Below are positions 1 through 10,210 of a stretch of 64,000 nt of DNA, piece after piece. Origin of the DNA: Nitrospirales bacterium (GTDB taxonomy: Bacteria > Nitrospirota > Nitrospiria > Nitrospirales > UBA8639); contig CBDBCZ010000019.1 in the NCBI GenBank assembly GCA_965203295.1, positions 928,001 to 992,000 on the forward strand, read 5' to 3'. Every line of letters begins with the position of its first letter. The first letter of the stretch is position 1. The notes beneath the pieces were generated by a model that searched no databases, had not been told where the DNA came from, and saw only the letters and a list, made by a program, of their open reading frames with translations. A program made the position numbers and the translations under genes.

Positions 1-357
1 TTCCTGTCCAATCACACACACAGTTCGGTTTTGAAACGTGGCCAAGCCTCCGACGATTGCCCGGTCGTCTCCGAATGTTCTGTCTCCATGCAGCTCAATA
101 AAATCTTGGCAAAACTTCTCGATGTAGTCCGTGGAAGATGGGCGCTGGAGATGGCGAGCAATCTGCGCGCGTTGCCAGGGTGTCAGATTTCCAAATATGT
201 CCTGTTCCAGTTGGGCATGACGGGCGCTCAAAATACGAATAAACCGTTGAACTGAGCCTTTCTGGGACTTCGATTTGGTCAGTTTCTTCAGTCGTTCTTC
301 AATTTCTTGAAGAGGTTTTTCAAATTCTAAATATTCTCGCATTTTGTCTTTAATCAT
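1..357 (-). CDS. accA: Acetyl-CoA carboxylase carboxyltransferase alpha subunit (5' part; runs off window)
   Basis: Manual minus-strand translation MIKDKMREYLEFEKPLQEIEERL...FIELHGDRTFGDDRAIVGGLATFQNRTVCVIGQE is typical AccA; directly downstream of dnaE. Alternative ATG at 342. Confidence 0.93.
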   Translation of the reverse strand, partial: MIKDKMREYLEFEKPLQEIEERLKKLTKSKSQKGSVQRFIRILSARHAQLEQDIFGNLTPWQRAQIARHLQRPSSTDYIEKFCQDFIELHGDRTFGDDRAIVGGLATFQNRTVCVIGQE

Positions 358-369
358 ATCGCCTGTGTT

Positions 370-3300
370 TCAATGAAAGGCAACTGATTCTTTTCCCAAG
401 ATGTGTTCGACATCTGTGATTAGATCGTCACAGGGAAGAACCGTCAAATTGGGAATCGCTGAAGTGTCGGCAATGGCTCCTGAGGAGAGTTGGAATTGCA
501 AGGAGATAGGGGCCGGACCAGGATGCCGCTTCAACACTTCTTGCAGTTTTTGAAGGTTGCCAGAAATTTCTCGTGTCTCAACCACGCGAAGGGTCACAAG
601 TTTGACCATCTGAGCTTGTTGTTCAAGGATTGGTGCAATAGCGGTCCCTTTAATACGGCTTCCGGTGTCCATGTGATCCAGGGTTCCGGTGACATGAATG
701 ATGCTTTCAGGTACCAAATGCTGAAGCGAGGCTTGATAGAGGTCAGGAAAGACGATGATCTCGACAAGTCCATGTAAATCTTCCAGCTGAATATACGCCA
801 TGCGATCCCCTTTTTTCGTGGTCATGGGTTTCACAGAGCTCACGACTCCACATAGCTTGACCTTTTTTCCTTCTTGCGCCTCAGAGAGTGTGGCTGTGGA
901 ATGGGTGGCAAGATGTTGGACAGTTTTAGCATGTCGAGTCAGGGGATGGACCGTAATATAGAAACCCGTGAGCTCCCGCTCATATTTGAGACGGAGGTCC
1001 TGACTCCATTCCGGAACCTCTAGGTAAGTCCTGGAATGAGAAGAGCCTGGGGTAGAGGATTCCGATGACTCCGGGATGGCTTCGAAAAGACTGGTTTGTC
1101 CGAGAGCCCGTTCCCGTTGGACAGCACTCGCCTCCTCAAGGGCTTGGTCCAAAACGGCGAAGAGTTGGGCCCGACTCCCTTCCATGGAATCAAATGCCCC
1201 GACTTTAATCAAACCCTCGAGCACGCGTTTATTGACTTTTTGAAGATCTATTCGGGTACAGAAATCATGAAACGAGGAAAATGGACCCCCTTCATCCCTT
1301 ATCGAGAGAATGATATCGACAGCAGCCCCACCAACGTTCTTAATTGCCGCCAGTCCAAATCTTAGACCTCCTTCTACCACAGAGAAGTTTTTTCCACTTT
1401 CGTTGACATCCGGCGGAAGAATGGGAATGTCGAGTTCCCGACATTCGGTAAAATATCCTACCATCTTGTCCGTGTTTCCCATTTCACTCGTGAGGAGAGC
1501 AGCCATGAACGCGGTCGGGTGATGGGCTTTTAAGTAGGCCGTTTGATAGGTCACGAGGGCATAGGCGGCGGAATGGGATTTATTGAATCCGTACCCGGCA
1601 AAGTATGCCATTTGATCGAAAAGTTTTTCCGCTTTCTTTTCGGAATATTTATTCCGTTTGGCTCCATCAAGAAATAAGGCCTTCTGTTGTGCCATTTCCT
1701 TGTGTTTCTTTTTTCCCATGGCCCGGCGAAGAAGGTCAGCTTGCCCCAAACTAAAACCCGCGAGACTATTGGCGATGGCCATTACCTGCTCTTGGTACAC
1801 GATCACCCCGTACGTCTCCTTTAAAATTGGTTCAAGTTCCGGTGGGTCATAGACGATTTTGGATGGATCACGTTTCCGTTTGATGAAATCATCGACCATC
1901 CCGCTCTCCAGGGGGCCAGGACGGTACAAAGCGAGGATTGCAATCAAGTCTTCAAATCCCTCGGGTTTAATCCGTACGAGCAGGTTTCGCATGCCTGAAC
2001 TTTCCAGTTGGAAGATGCCTGTCGTCCGACCTGTGGAAAGAAGGGAAAACGTTTGGGAATCGTCTGGGGGAAGCTGATTAATATCAAGGTGTCTGTCCTC
2101 AGGCTGGTTGTTGTTCACAAGAGAGACAGCATGGTTGATCATCGTCAAGGTTTTGAGACCGAGAAAATCAAACTTTACCAGACCGACCTTTTCGACATCG
2201 GTCATAGAATATTGAGTGACAATTTCGTCATTGCTTGTTTTGTAAAGGGGTACATGCTCCATTAACGGTTCTTGGGAAATCACGACTCCCGCGGCATGGG
2301 TTGACGCGTGACGAGCGAGTCCTTCAAGGGACATCGCGACGTTCATGACTTCTTGAATTTTGGGATCGGTGTTCACCAATTCATTCAAACGTGGCTCCTG
2401 AAAAAGGGCTTCCTTGAGGGTGATGTTCAGTTGCGTAGGGACGAGCTTCGCGACCCGATCAATTTCAGCGTAGGGAATATCCATGACTCGGCCGACATCT
2501 CGGATCGCGGCTTTAGCGCCAAGAGTCCCAAACGTAATGATCTGGGAAACATGATCTTCGCCGTATTTATCGATGACGTAATTGATCATTTCTCCACGAC
2601 GGTCCATACAGAAATCCATGTCAATGTCGGGCATTGTGACTCGTTCAGGATTCAGAAAGCGTTCGAAAATCAGGTTGTAGACCAGGGGATCAAGATCGGT
2701 AATATAAAGGGAATACGCGACAAGGCTGCCAGCGGCAGATCCACGACCAGGCCCGACCGGAATTCTTCGCGATCGAGCAAACTTAATAATGTCCCAGACA
2801 ATGAGAAAATACCCTGCATACCCCATCGTGGTCAGGACGGCTAATTCTTCTTTCAGTCGTTGATCATACCGTTCGCGTGGAATGGCAGATGGTCTGTTCT
2901 GCAGCCGTTCCTGAAGGCCGTCCTCCGCAAGCTTTTGAAGGTAACTCTCTCGAGAGTAGCCCTCAGGGACTTGATACTGGGGGAGATGAGAGGTGTCAAA
3001 GGACAAGTGGAGGTCACATTGCTCTGCGATCTTGCACGTATTCAACACCGCATCGGGAAGTTCTGCAAACGCCGATACCATTTCCTCCGTGGATTTGAGG
3101 TACAGTTGGTCGGTATCAAATTTCATGCGGTTGGCGTCTTTGAGGGTTTTTCCAGTCTGGAGACATAACATGACTTCGTGCGGGTACGAATCTTTTTTGG
3201 AAAGGTAGTGGCAATCGTTGGTTCCTGCCAAAAGAATACCCAGTTTTTTATGAATCTCAACTAAACCCTTATTGGCAACTCGCTGGTGATCCAATCCATT

Positions 3301-3837
3301 CGCCTGCACCTCTAAATAGTAATGGTCTTTCCCGAACAGCTCGTAGAATTCGCCAGCGGTCCGAATGGCCCCCTCCATATCGTTTTGCCCGATGAGATAG
3401 GGAACCTCGCCGCTTAAACACCCAGACAAAGCAATCAGGCCCTCGTGATACTCCTGCAGCAGCTCCTTATCCATCCTTGGTTTATAGTAAAATCCTTCCA
3501 AGTAGGCCTTGCTAGAGAGTTTGATGAGGTTCTGGTACCCCACCCGATTAGTGGCTAAAAGGATCAAGTGATAGTAGTCATTGTGGGCAAGGAGACCTTC
3601 TCGTTGCCTTCGACTTCCAGGGGCCATATAGGCCTCGCACCCAATGATTGGTTTCACGTCCTGGTCCTTCGCCTTTTGATAGAAATCAATGGCTCCAAAC
3701 ATATTCCCGTGATCCGTGATAGCGACAGCGGGTTGCTTGAATGTTCGGACTTGATTCAAAAGCGGAGTTAGTTGGTTGGCGCCGTCAAGCAAGCTGTACT
3801 GGGTGTGGAGATGAAGATGGACAAACTGGGATGCCAT
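370..3837 (-). CDS. dnaE: DNA polymerase III alpha subunit
   Basis: 1155 aa; PHP motif FVHLHLHTQYSLLDG, GPGRGSAAGS, PDIDMDF, GYGFNKSH, C-terminal OB fold. Confidence 0.98.
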   Translation of the reverse strand: MASQFVHLHLHTQYSLLDGANQLTPLLNQVRTFKQPAVAITDHGNMFGAIDFYQKAKDQDVKPIIGCEAYMAPGSRRQREGLLAHNDYYHLILLATNRVGYQNLIKLSSKAYLEGFYYKPRMDKELLQEYHEGLIALSGCLSGEVPYLIGQNDMEGAIRTAGEFYELFGKDHYYLEVQANGLDHQRVANKGLVEIHKKLGILLAGTNDCHYLSKKDSYPHEVMLCLQTGKTLKDANRMKFDTDQLYLKSTEEMVSAFAELPDAVLNTCKIAEQCDLHLSFDTSHLPQYQVPEGYSRESYLQKLAEDGLQERLQNRPSAIPRERYDQRLKEELAVLTTMGYAGYFLIVWDIIKFARSRRIPVGPGRGSAAGSLVAYSLYITDLDPLVYNLIFERFLNPERVTMPDIDMDFCMDRRGEMINYVIDKYGEDHVSQIITFGTLGAKAAIRDVGRVMDIPYAEIDRVAKLVPTQLNITLKEALFQEPRLNELVNTDPKIQEVMNVAMSLEGLARHASTHAAGVVISQEPLMEHVPLYKTSNDEIVTQYSMTDVEKVGLVKFDFLGLKTLTMINHAVSLVNNNQPEDRHLDINQLPPDDSQTFSLLSTGRTTGIFQLESSGMRNLLVRIKPEGFEDLIAILALYRPGPLESGMVDDFIKRKRDPSKIVYDPPELEPILKETYGVIVYQEQVMAIANSLAGFSLGQADLLRRAMGKKKHKEMAQQKALFLDGAKRNKYSEKKAEKLFDQMAYFAGYGFNKSHSAAYALVTYQTAYLKAHHPTAFMAALLTSEMGNTDKMVGYFTECRELDIPILPPDVNESGKNFSVVEGGLRFGLAAIKNVGGAAVDIILSIRDEGGPFSSFHDFCTRIDLQKVNKRVLEGLIKVGAFDSMEGSRAQLFAVLDQALEEASAVQRERALGQTSLFEAIPESSESSTPGSSHSRTYLEVPEWSQDLRLKYERELTGFYITVHPLTRHAKTVQHLATHSTATLSEAQEGKKVKLCGVVSSVKPMTTKKGDRMAYIQLEDLHGLVEIIVFPDLYQASLQHLVPESIIHVTGTLDHMDTGSRIKGTAIAPILEQQAQMVKLVTLRVVETREISGNLQKLQEVLKRHPGPAPISLQFQLSSGAIADTSAIPNLTVLPCDDLITDVEHILGKESVAFH

Positions 3838-4026
3838 ACGGACGGGTTCTCGACAGAAGGTTGGTTCGGAGTGAAAACGAGAGGGAGGGGATCTGAATAC
3901 TCGAGTTCCCCCCCCTCTTTACGAAAAAATTCTAAACGTCCGGTCACGATGAAGTCAACGAGTGGACTAAACGCTCGTATTCAGACACAAAAATGAAGAG
4001 CACTCTCAAGGCTTGTCGGAAAGAAG

Positions 4027-4524
4027 TTACTTTGAACCTCCCAAGCTCCGTTCATACAACAACACTTTCCAGCCATCTTCCTCAGACAGAAATTGGCCAA
4101 CAATCGGAAGCATGCCGGTTCCTGGCACCTTACCAGTTTGACCCATACTCCCGTTTTTTAAGACCCACATCATTTCACCAGGTGTTCGGTATTTGTTAAA
4201 TTTTGGATTGGTAAAGTTTCTAGGTTTAATGGGGAGAATTTTGGCAGCCCCACCATCTCCCTTCCCTTCTTTCCCATGGCAACGAAAACATGTGCCTCGT
4301 CCTAAAAAAATTTCCTTCCCTTCTTTCAAAATCTCTAGGGTAGGCTTGAATGGGGGCTTCGTGGCTTTGGCTTTTGCCAGCTCTCCTCCCGGAACGCGGG
4401 AGATCCGAATATTATACTCCCCACCTGCCTGACCATAGCCGGCTGGTGGAACGGCCCAGGCTGCCGAAATTGATAAAGCGAATATGAAGACAAAGCTGAA
4501 AACGATACCAAACTCCTTCCTCAC
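4027..4524 (-). CDS. Periplasmic monoheme c-type cytochrome
   Basis: Signal peptide (ISAAWA), CFRCH heme motif, PRNFT, distal Met in GTGM. Confidence 0.88.
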   Translation of the reverse strand: MRKEFGIVFSFVFIFALSISAAWAVPPAGYGQAGGEYNIRISRVPGGELAKAKATKPPFKPTLEILKEGKEIFLGRGTCFRCHGKEGKGDGGAAKILPIKPRNFTNPKFNKYRTPGEMMWVLKNGSMGQTGKVPGTGMLPIVGQFLSEEDGWKVLLYERSLGGSK

Positions 4525-5189
4525 GGTAGAATTTCCTTATTATTCTTAATTAAAGTGTAAAAGCTTGGTTTTGTTCTTTCAGACAATGTCTAGTGAAGTT
4601 CCCAAAAGCTAGATGAGGGGGCACTTCAGCTGCGTGTAGCAGACATTCACAACTTCATCTGACAGTGTCTGTCAACTGAAATGCAAGTTTTTACAATAAA
4701 GTAATAGTGATTATTGGCTCTTTCCCTCAACAGGGTAACTTTCTCAGTGAGACGGTCCTGCACTCTAACACCCAACCCTGGAGTGGAGCAATGGCAGGTC
4801 GGCATAACCTTGGATGAAAATTTTTCCCTATAGCCCTATACTTATAGATGGGCGAGCGTTGTGCTAGAATGAAAGCTCCAATTCTGAGAAAAAGAGGGTT
4901 CTTCCGAGTTTTCCGTGGGCAACTTTCTATAGAGGAGTTTTTTGCTAGAGAAAGCCACCATATGATTCCTCCCCTTTGTTAAGAGGCGCAGGCCCGAAGA
5001 GGTTACGCGGGTGAGGTAGAGCAAGAATAAGAATAGACTAGAGTTTCGACTTTCTCCTTCTTAGTTTGGAGTTTCAAGGAAGCTTAACCAAAACCACCTG
5101 AGAAACGGTTAGCCCTATAATGGATTTGCAAACCCGAAACCCTGAACTTTCTTCCCAACCTTAAACTCTAAACTATTTAGGGTGTTGCT

Positions 5190-5789
5190 ATGGCGTTCGA
5201 TGAAACTTCCCGTGCTCGATTTAATTCTGGCATGCGACGCCGTTTGGGAGAACTCCAAGCAAAAACAGAAGAGAGTCTGAACTTTGCCATCGAGACCATG
5301 ATGATGGACCGGATAGAGAACTATTTCCGGGTCGAGGAAGGTTTAACCGAGATTGATCGTATGGTAGTCCTTATCCAAGAAGAACTCGATGGTATTTGTG
5401 AGTTTACTCAGGCCCAACGGTTAGAGTCGCGATTGGAATTCATTGAAGATCGATTTGAAGATTTTGAGAGCGAGATCCGACAGCGTCCGAAACGACGGCG
5501 TCGGCGCATCAACTTGTTTAATTTTTTTAAAGCCGCCGGAGGAGGCGGGGGAGATCCCACAAGTCCAAAGGGTGAAATTCAGTCCGCCCCGGAGGCGTAT
5601 CGTGTGCTCGGGTTGGAATTTGGGAGTCCCATGACTACCGTGACCCGCGCCTTTCGGCAGAAAGCCAAAAAACTGCATCCTGATAGTCGAAATGGTGACC
5701 AAAGCTCCGAACCCGAATTGCGCCGCATTATTGAAGCCTACCAATATTTAAAAGCCGATCTGAGTATTCCTCGTACGGAAGCGCCGTAA
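5190..5789 (+). CDS. C-terminal J-domain (DnaJ-like) protein
   Basis: AYRVLGL...AFRQKAKKLHPD...IIEAYQYL with HPD motif; helical N-terminus. Confidence 0.88.
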   Translation: MAFDETSRARFNSGMRRRLGELQAKTEESLNFAIETMMMDRIENYFRVEEGLTEIDRMVVLIQEELDGICEFTQAQRLESRLEFIEDRFEDFESEIRQRPKRRRRRINLFNFFKAAGGGGGDPTSPKGEIQSAPEAYRVLGLEFGSPMTTVTRAFRQKAKKLHPDSRNGDQSSEPELRRIIEAYQYLKADLSIPRTEAP

Positions 5790-5919
5790 GGATTTTTCCG
5801 TTACTCAAGGTGATTGGTTTTCTCTCATCAGCCAAATCCAGTAATCCGTATCCATAAAGTTGTAAGAGATAAGGACTTAAACTCTTTTTCTGAAGGAGAG
5901 ATACGATCGGAGTAGCAGC

Positions 5920-7596
5920 TTATCCGCTAGCTGAGGCACGGTCCCGGACAGTCTGGGCACGAACCTTTTGTTTATTGAGAACCCGCTGCTTGTGAAATTC
6001 AAACACCGCTGGGAGGACCGATGTCGAAATGTGCAGCCGCCGGTCGATGAGTTCGAACAGCCGATTGATGACCCATACCGGTGGGGTTGCGATAACCGCC
6101 ACAAAGCGGGAAACAGAGCGTAAAGGTTTGAGGGAGGATAATTTCTTGGGGATGTAGAATAGAACAGGAAGGATTCCGGTTTTTTCTACCCACGTATACT
6201 TCGCCAACGTTTCAAGGCAGTGGCATGCAAAGTAGAGAGGGTCAAGGAACAGTCCTCGGTGTCGGTATATTTTCAAGAGCGATAAGGCGAGCCTGAAAGG
6301 TGTTCGTTGGCCAAACTTGATCATTTTTTTGATCTGGTTCAGCTCTTCACCCTTGATCCGCTCCATCCCCGGTTTCTCGATCCCGGTCTTCTGGTCGTGG
6401 ATGAGGCGGTGAATGTCAGACCCTTCCGGCACCCTTAGCCGATTTGTCACAAGGGTGTCGACGTCCCATCGGCGGCCAAACTCAAGGAATTCCATCATAT
6501 CTTCTTTGGTCTCACCAGGTGAGCCAAGGAGGAAGTTACACACGAGGAGGATGTTCGTCTCATTCATCATCTTCATCGCCTGCTCGGTGACCTCGTTTGT
6601 CTGTCCTTTGCCGTAGAACCGAAGGGTTTCATCCTTAAGAGATTCCACACCAAAAGCCAGTGCGAGGAAGCCGGCCCGTTCGAGCTTCTTGAGGACTGAG
6701 ACATCGCTCTTGAGAACATGATCGACGCGGCCTGTGCCGATGAAGAGTTTTGGGACGTTATGCTCTATGAGCAGGTCAGCAAGCCCGTCTAGAGCTTGCA
6801 TATCCGTGGTCATGTCATCGTCGACCCAGAGGACGATTGGTGCCTTAATCTCGGAGAGTTCCTGGAACTGACTTTGCGGGGACCGGCCCTGCCATCGCAG
6901 GAAATTCCCCTCGGTGCCTTTTCCGTACTGGTAGCAAAATCGGCAACGGTAGTTGCATCCTATGCCTGCACGGACGAGGTCGACTGGTATGCCGAATAGC
7001 TCATATTTGTAATTTGGGTTGCGGAGGGCTCTCTTTGGGAAGACGTCGTCGGAGAGTTTGGGTATGGCGCTTGGATTACGGACAAATTCATTTCCGCACC
7101 GGTATACCAGGTTGTTGACTGTCTCTGGGGAGCCGGATTCAAGCAGTTCCCGGATAGGGGTGTCAGGCATGCCACGAATGACCACATCGATTTTGGGGTA
7201 CGCTTTGAGGGTTTCTTCCGGGTTTGAGAAACCGGTTCCACCCGCGACGATGGAAGTGTCCTCGGGAACCTGATCGAGTACCTCGGAAATCACATGGATA
7301 CTCCACTTTCCAAAGATAGAGCAATCCTCGAAAAATCCGTATAAGCACACCAGATCAGCATTCTGGATATGTTCCTCGATATCCGTCTCAAAACGCATAT
7401 CAAGAAGGGTTGCGTTCCTTCCGGCTGCAGCAATCCCGGCCTGGAGGTATTCGGCTGCGATGGGGGGGAGGTTAAATTGTGGGTTAATGTTCGTGAAGGG
7501 GTAAACGATCAGAACGTTTTGGATGTCTGTCTTCTTTTTATTCACATATGTGATATTACCATATGTGACACCAGCCATCGCTATATTTTGGGGCAT
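5920..7596 (-). CDS. Cobalamin-binding-domain radical SAM protein
   Basis: GCNYRCRFC (CxxxCxxC), DDDM, GVES, GSPGET; N-terminal B12-binding-like domain (LPPIAAEYL...VAGG). Confidence 0.85.
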   Translation of the reverse strand: MPQNIAMAGVTYGNITYVNKKKTDIQNVLIVYPFTNINPQFNLPPIAAEYLQAGIAAAGRNATLLDMRFETDIEEHIQNADLVCLYGFFEDCSIFGKWSIHVISEVLDQVPEDTSIVAGGTGFSNPEETLKAYPKIDVVIRGMPDTPIRELLESGSPETVNNLVYRCGNEFVRNPSAIPKLSDDVFPKRALRNPNYKYELFGIPVDLVRAGIGCNYRCRFCYQYGKGTEGNFLRWQGRSPQSQFQELSEIKAPIVLWVDDDMTTDMQALDGLADLLIEHNVPKLFIGTGRVDHVLKSDVSVLKKLERAGFLALAFGVESLKDETLRFYGKGQTNEVTEQAMKMMNETNILLVCNFLLGSPGETKEDMMEFLEFGRRWDVDTLVTNRLRVPEGSDIHRLIHDQKTGIEKPGMERIKGEELNQIKKMIKFGQRTPFRLALSLLKIYRHRGLFLDPLYFACHCLETLAKYTWVEKTGILPVLFYIPKKLSSLKPLRSVSRFVAVIATPPVWVINRLFELIDRRLHISTSVLPAVFEFHKQRVLNKQKVRAQTVRDRASASG

Positions 7597-7872
7597 AGAT
7601 TCAAACTCTCAATTCTCTCGGGATTTGTCGATCGGCCAGCAGCTTGTCGTATGGTATTTTTACAGAAGGCGACTGAAAACTGCAAGGAAGATTTGACCTA
7701 AGGGGTCATTGGGACCTATTGACGAAGTCTTCATGGATCCTCAAGCCTATAGGAGTGTAGGGCTTCCTGTCTTGTCATGCCAGCAGTAGTTAGGGGCATC
7801 CAGGATTATCAAGAGAGATGGATCCCTGCCAAAGGTTTTAAAAAATCTGTCCTCTTTTTTTGTTCCGCTTTG

Positions 7873-8060
7873 CGCGTGGCTGAGTCATAGCGCCGAATCC
7901 GACAATTCGGTGAGGACTGTCTGAGCGGAGCGAGTTCCGCAGCCATGGGATTCGGTGCTGTGACGAAGGAGACCCCCAGGGCCGCGCGCGGGCGGGAATG
8001 GTTTTGGGTCCTTTTGCCGAAACAAAAGGACCTCGACTACCGGGGCGAAACTCGGCGAAG
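7873..8060. repeat. Multi-hairpin intergenic palindromic element (REP/MITE-like)
   Basis: 17-bp stem 7884-7900/7948-7964, inner GCGGA/TCCGC hairpin, 10-bp stem GGTCCTTTTG/CAAAAGGACC 8007-8032, and CCGGG-GCGAAA-CTCGG. Confidence 0.6.
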
Positions 8061-8216
8061 CGGAGCTGTGAACTAAAAACTCGGATCTTTAAAGTTTAAA
8101 CCGAAACCTTAAACTCCTATCTTTAAACTCGAAACTCCCTTAACCAGATACTGTCTGAAAGATTAAATCCAGGTTTTTAAACCTGATTCTCGTTTTTAGA
8201 CGTTTAAATTTGGCAT

Positions 8217-8408
8217 CTAAAATTCCTCCTCACATTTCTTGCAAAACAGTTCATCACCAAGGTGTTGATCTCGTCCCGTTTGGGTTATGACCCAGGGGCT
8301 TTCGCTCCATGGTGGGTTGTGTCGGACGTGTTGGCCATGTCCACACTCAAGGTTGGCCACCCAATCTCCTTCCTCATCCGTATGAAAGCCAATGATCTGT
8401 CGAATCAT
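8217..8408 (-). CDS. DUF3565-family small protein
   Basis: MIRQIIGFHTDEEGDWVANLECGHGQHVRHNPPW...LFCKKC. Confidence 0.82.
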   Translation of the reverse strand: MIRQIIGFHTDEEGDWVANLECGHGQHVRHNPPWSESPWVITQTGRDQHLGDELFCKKCEEEF

Positions 8409-8453
8409 AATGCAGAGCGTATTCTCCGAATGTGATTTGGAAAAAGTGGCCAA

Positions 8454-9263
8454 TCAAGAATGAGATGGCGACTTGGCATCCATCCAATCACGTAACCAAT
8501 CACCCCAAAGGTTGATGGCTAAGACAACCGCCATAAGGGCGACCCCTGGTACCAGGACCATATGGGGGGCAACAAGCATGTATCGGGTCCCTTCTCGGAT
8601 CATGCTTCCCCACGAGGAAGTAGGAGGTTGGATCCCCAACCCTAAAAAAGACAAACTGGCTTCAGCGATGATCGTGCCTGCAAGGCCGAAGCTCGCTTCC
8701 ACTATAAGGGGAGCGCTGATTAATGGAAATAGATGAAAGGTCATGATCCTCATGGGCGTAGACCCAACGGCCACTGCACTCACAACATGATCTTGTTCCT
8801 TGACGGACAATGTTTGGGCTCGAGCCAGTCTGGCATAGCCGACCCATCCCACAGAGGCCAAGGCAATCACGATATTGTCAAACCCAGGTCCCATGACCCC
8901 TGCGAGTGCAATGGCAAGGAGGATTCCAGGAAAAGCCAAGAAAATGTCAATGACTCTCGTCAGCACATGATCTACGACTCCCCCCCAATACCCGGCAAAA
9001 ACCCCCAGACCACTTCCTAAGACAAATGAGATCGTGACGACAGAAACGGCTATAAAGAACGAGTGATGGGCTCCGATGATCAGGCGATCCAAAATCGGTC
9101 GTCCTAAATCGTCGTGCCCAAGCCATGCCTCTGTTTCATGCCATACTAAAATAGTTTCTAAATGTATGGCGTTGGGTGTTAATGCGAGATAGGGTCCTAT
9201 GAGGGCACTGGTGCCCCAAAGAACAATCACCATCAAGGGACCCCAGAATCGCAAGAGCTTCAT
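8454..9263 (-). CDS. dppC: Peptide/nickel ABC transporter permease (DppC/OppC)
   Basis: LGHDDLGR, EASLSFLGLGIQPP, SWGSM; ATG at 9263 overlaps the upstream stop (ATGA). Confidence 0.9.
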   Translation of the reverse strand: MKLLRFWGPLMVIVLWGTSALIGPYLALTPNAIHLETILVWHETEAWLGHDDLGRPILDRLIIGAHHSFFIAVSVVTISFVLGSGLGVFAGYWGGVVDHVLTRVIDIFLAFPGILLAIALAGVMGPGFDNIVIALASVGWVGYARLARAQTLSVKEQDHVVSAVAVGSTPMRIMTFHLFPLISAPLIVEASFGLAGTIIAEASLSFLGLGIQPPTSSWGSMIREGTRYMLVAPHMVLVPGVALMAVVLAINLWGDWLRDWMDAKSPSHS

Positions 9264-10195
9264 TCCTCTTCCTTTCCTAGTCGAATCCGTGGATCGATCC
9301 AAACGTACAACATGTCGGTCATGAGATTGACGACGACGTAGGAGAGACTGATCAACAACACGGTTGCCTGAACAACAGGATAGTCTCGGCGCTGAATGGC
9401 TTCCACGACCAAAGAACCTATGCCAGGCCAAGAAAAAATGGTTTCCGTGATGACGGCCCCGCTCAGCAATGCTCCAAGTTGCAATCCCAACAAGGTCATG
9501 ACAGGCAAGAGAGCATTCCATAAACCATGTCGAAGGATCACTTTCCATTCGGATAGCCCTTTTGATCGAGCGGTTCGCATAAAGTCTTCAGAAATAACTT
9601 CCAGGAGCGTGCTGCGCACTAAGCGTGACAAGATGGCAGCCATGGCTGATCCTAAGGTGAGCACGGGTAATACCAGGGATGCCATGCCTTCTCTGCCACT
9701 GACGGGGAACCATCCCAACCAGATGGATCCTGCCAGAATTAACAGAGGACCCATACAAAAATTGGGGATAGACACGCCCAGCAGGGAACATCCGGTGACT
9801 CCAAAATCAATGGGTGAATTCCGATAAACTGCTGCCAAGGTGCCTAATGGAAGGGCTAACCCAAGTGCCACGATAAAGGCGGCCATTCCTAATTCCAGGG
9901 TAGCTGGGAATCGATCAAGCAGGATTCCGCTAATGGGTCTCCCGGAAAAAATCGAGGTACCCAAGTCCAATGTGAGTAGATTGCTATAATAGTGAAACAA
10001 TTGTTGGTGAAGCGGAAGGTGGAGTCCCAAAGTCTGGCGCAGAGCTTCCTTATCGGCTGGTTGCGCGAATTCACCGAGCATGACTTCTACCGGATCTCCA
10101 GGGATCAAATGGATAAGGAGGAACACCAAGCAGGAGACCCCCAAAACGACCACGGCGGCAGAAAGGAGGCGGGGGAGAAGGTAGTGGGTCTTCAA
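9260..10195 (-). CDS. dppB: Peptide/nickel ABC transporter permease (DppB/OppB)
   Basis: IPGDP, TARSKGLSE, ETIFSWPGIG, RDYPVVQ, DPRIR. Confidence 0.92.
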   Translation of the reverse strand: MKTHYLLPRLLSAAVVVLGVSCLVFLLIHLIPGDPVEVMLGEFAQPADKEALRQTLGLHLPLHQQLFHYYSNLLTLDLGTSIFSGRPISGILLDRFPATLELGMAAFIVALGLALPLGTLAAVYRNSPIDFGVTGCSLLGVSIPNFCMGPLLILAGSIWLGWFPVSGREGMASLVLPVLTLGSAMAAILSRLVRSTLLEVISEDFMRTARSKGLSEWKVILRHGLWNALLPVMTLLGLQLGALLSGAVITETIFSWPGIGSLVVEAIQRRDYPVVQATVLLISLSYVVVNLMTDMLYVWIDPRIRLGKEEE

Positions 10196-10210
10196 GATGG
10201 CGTGGATCCT

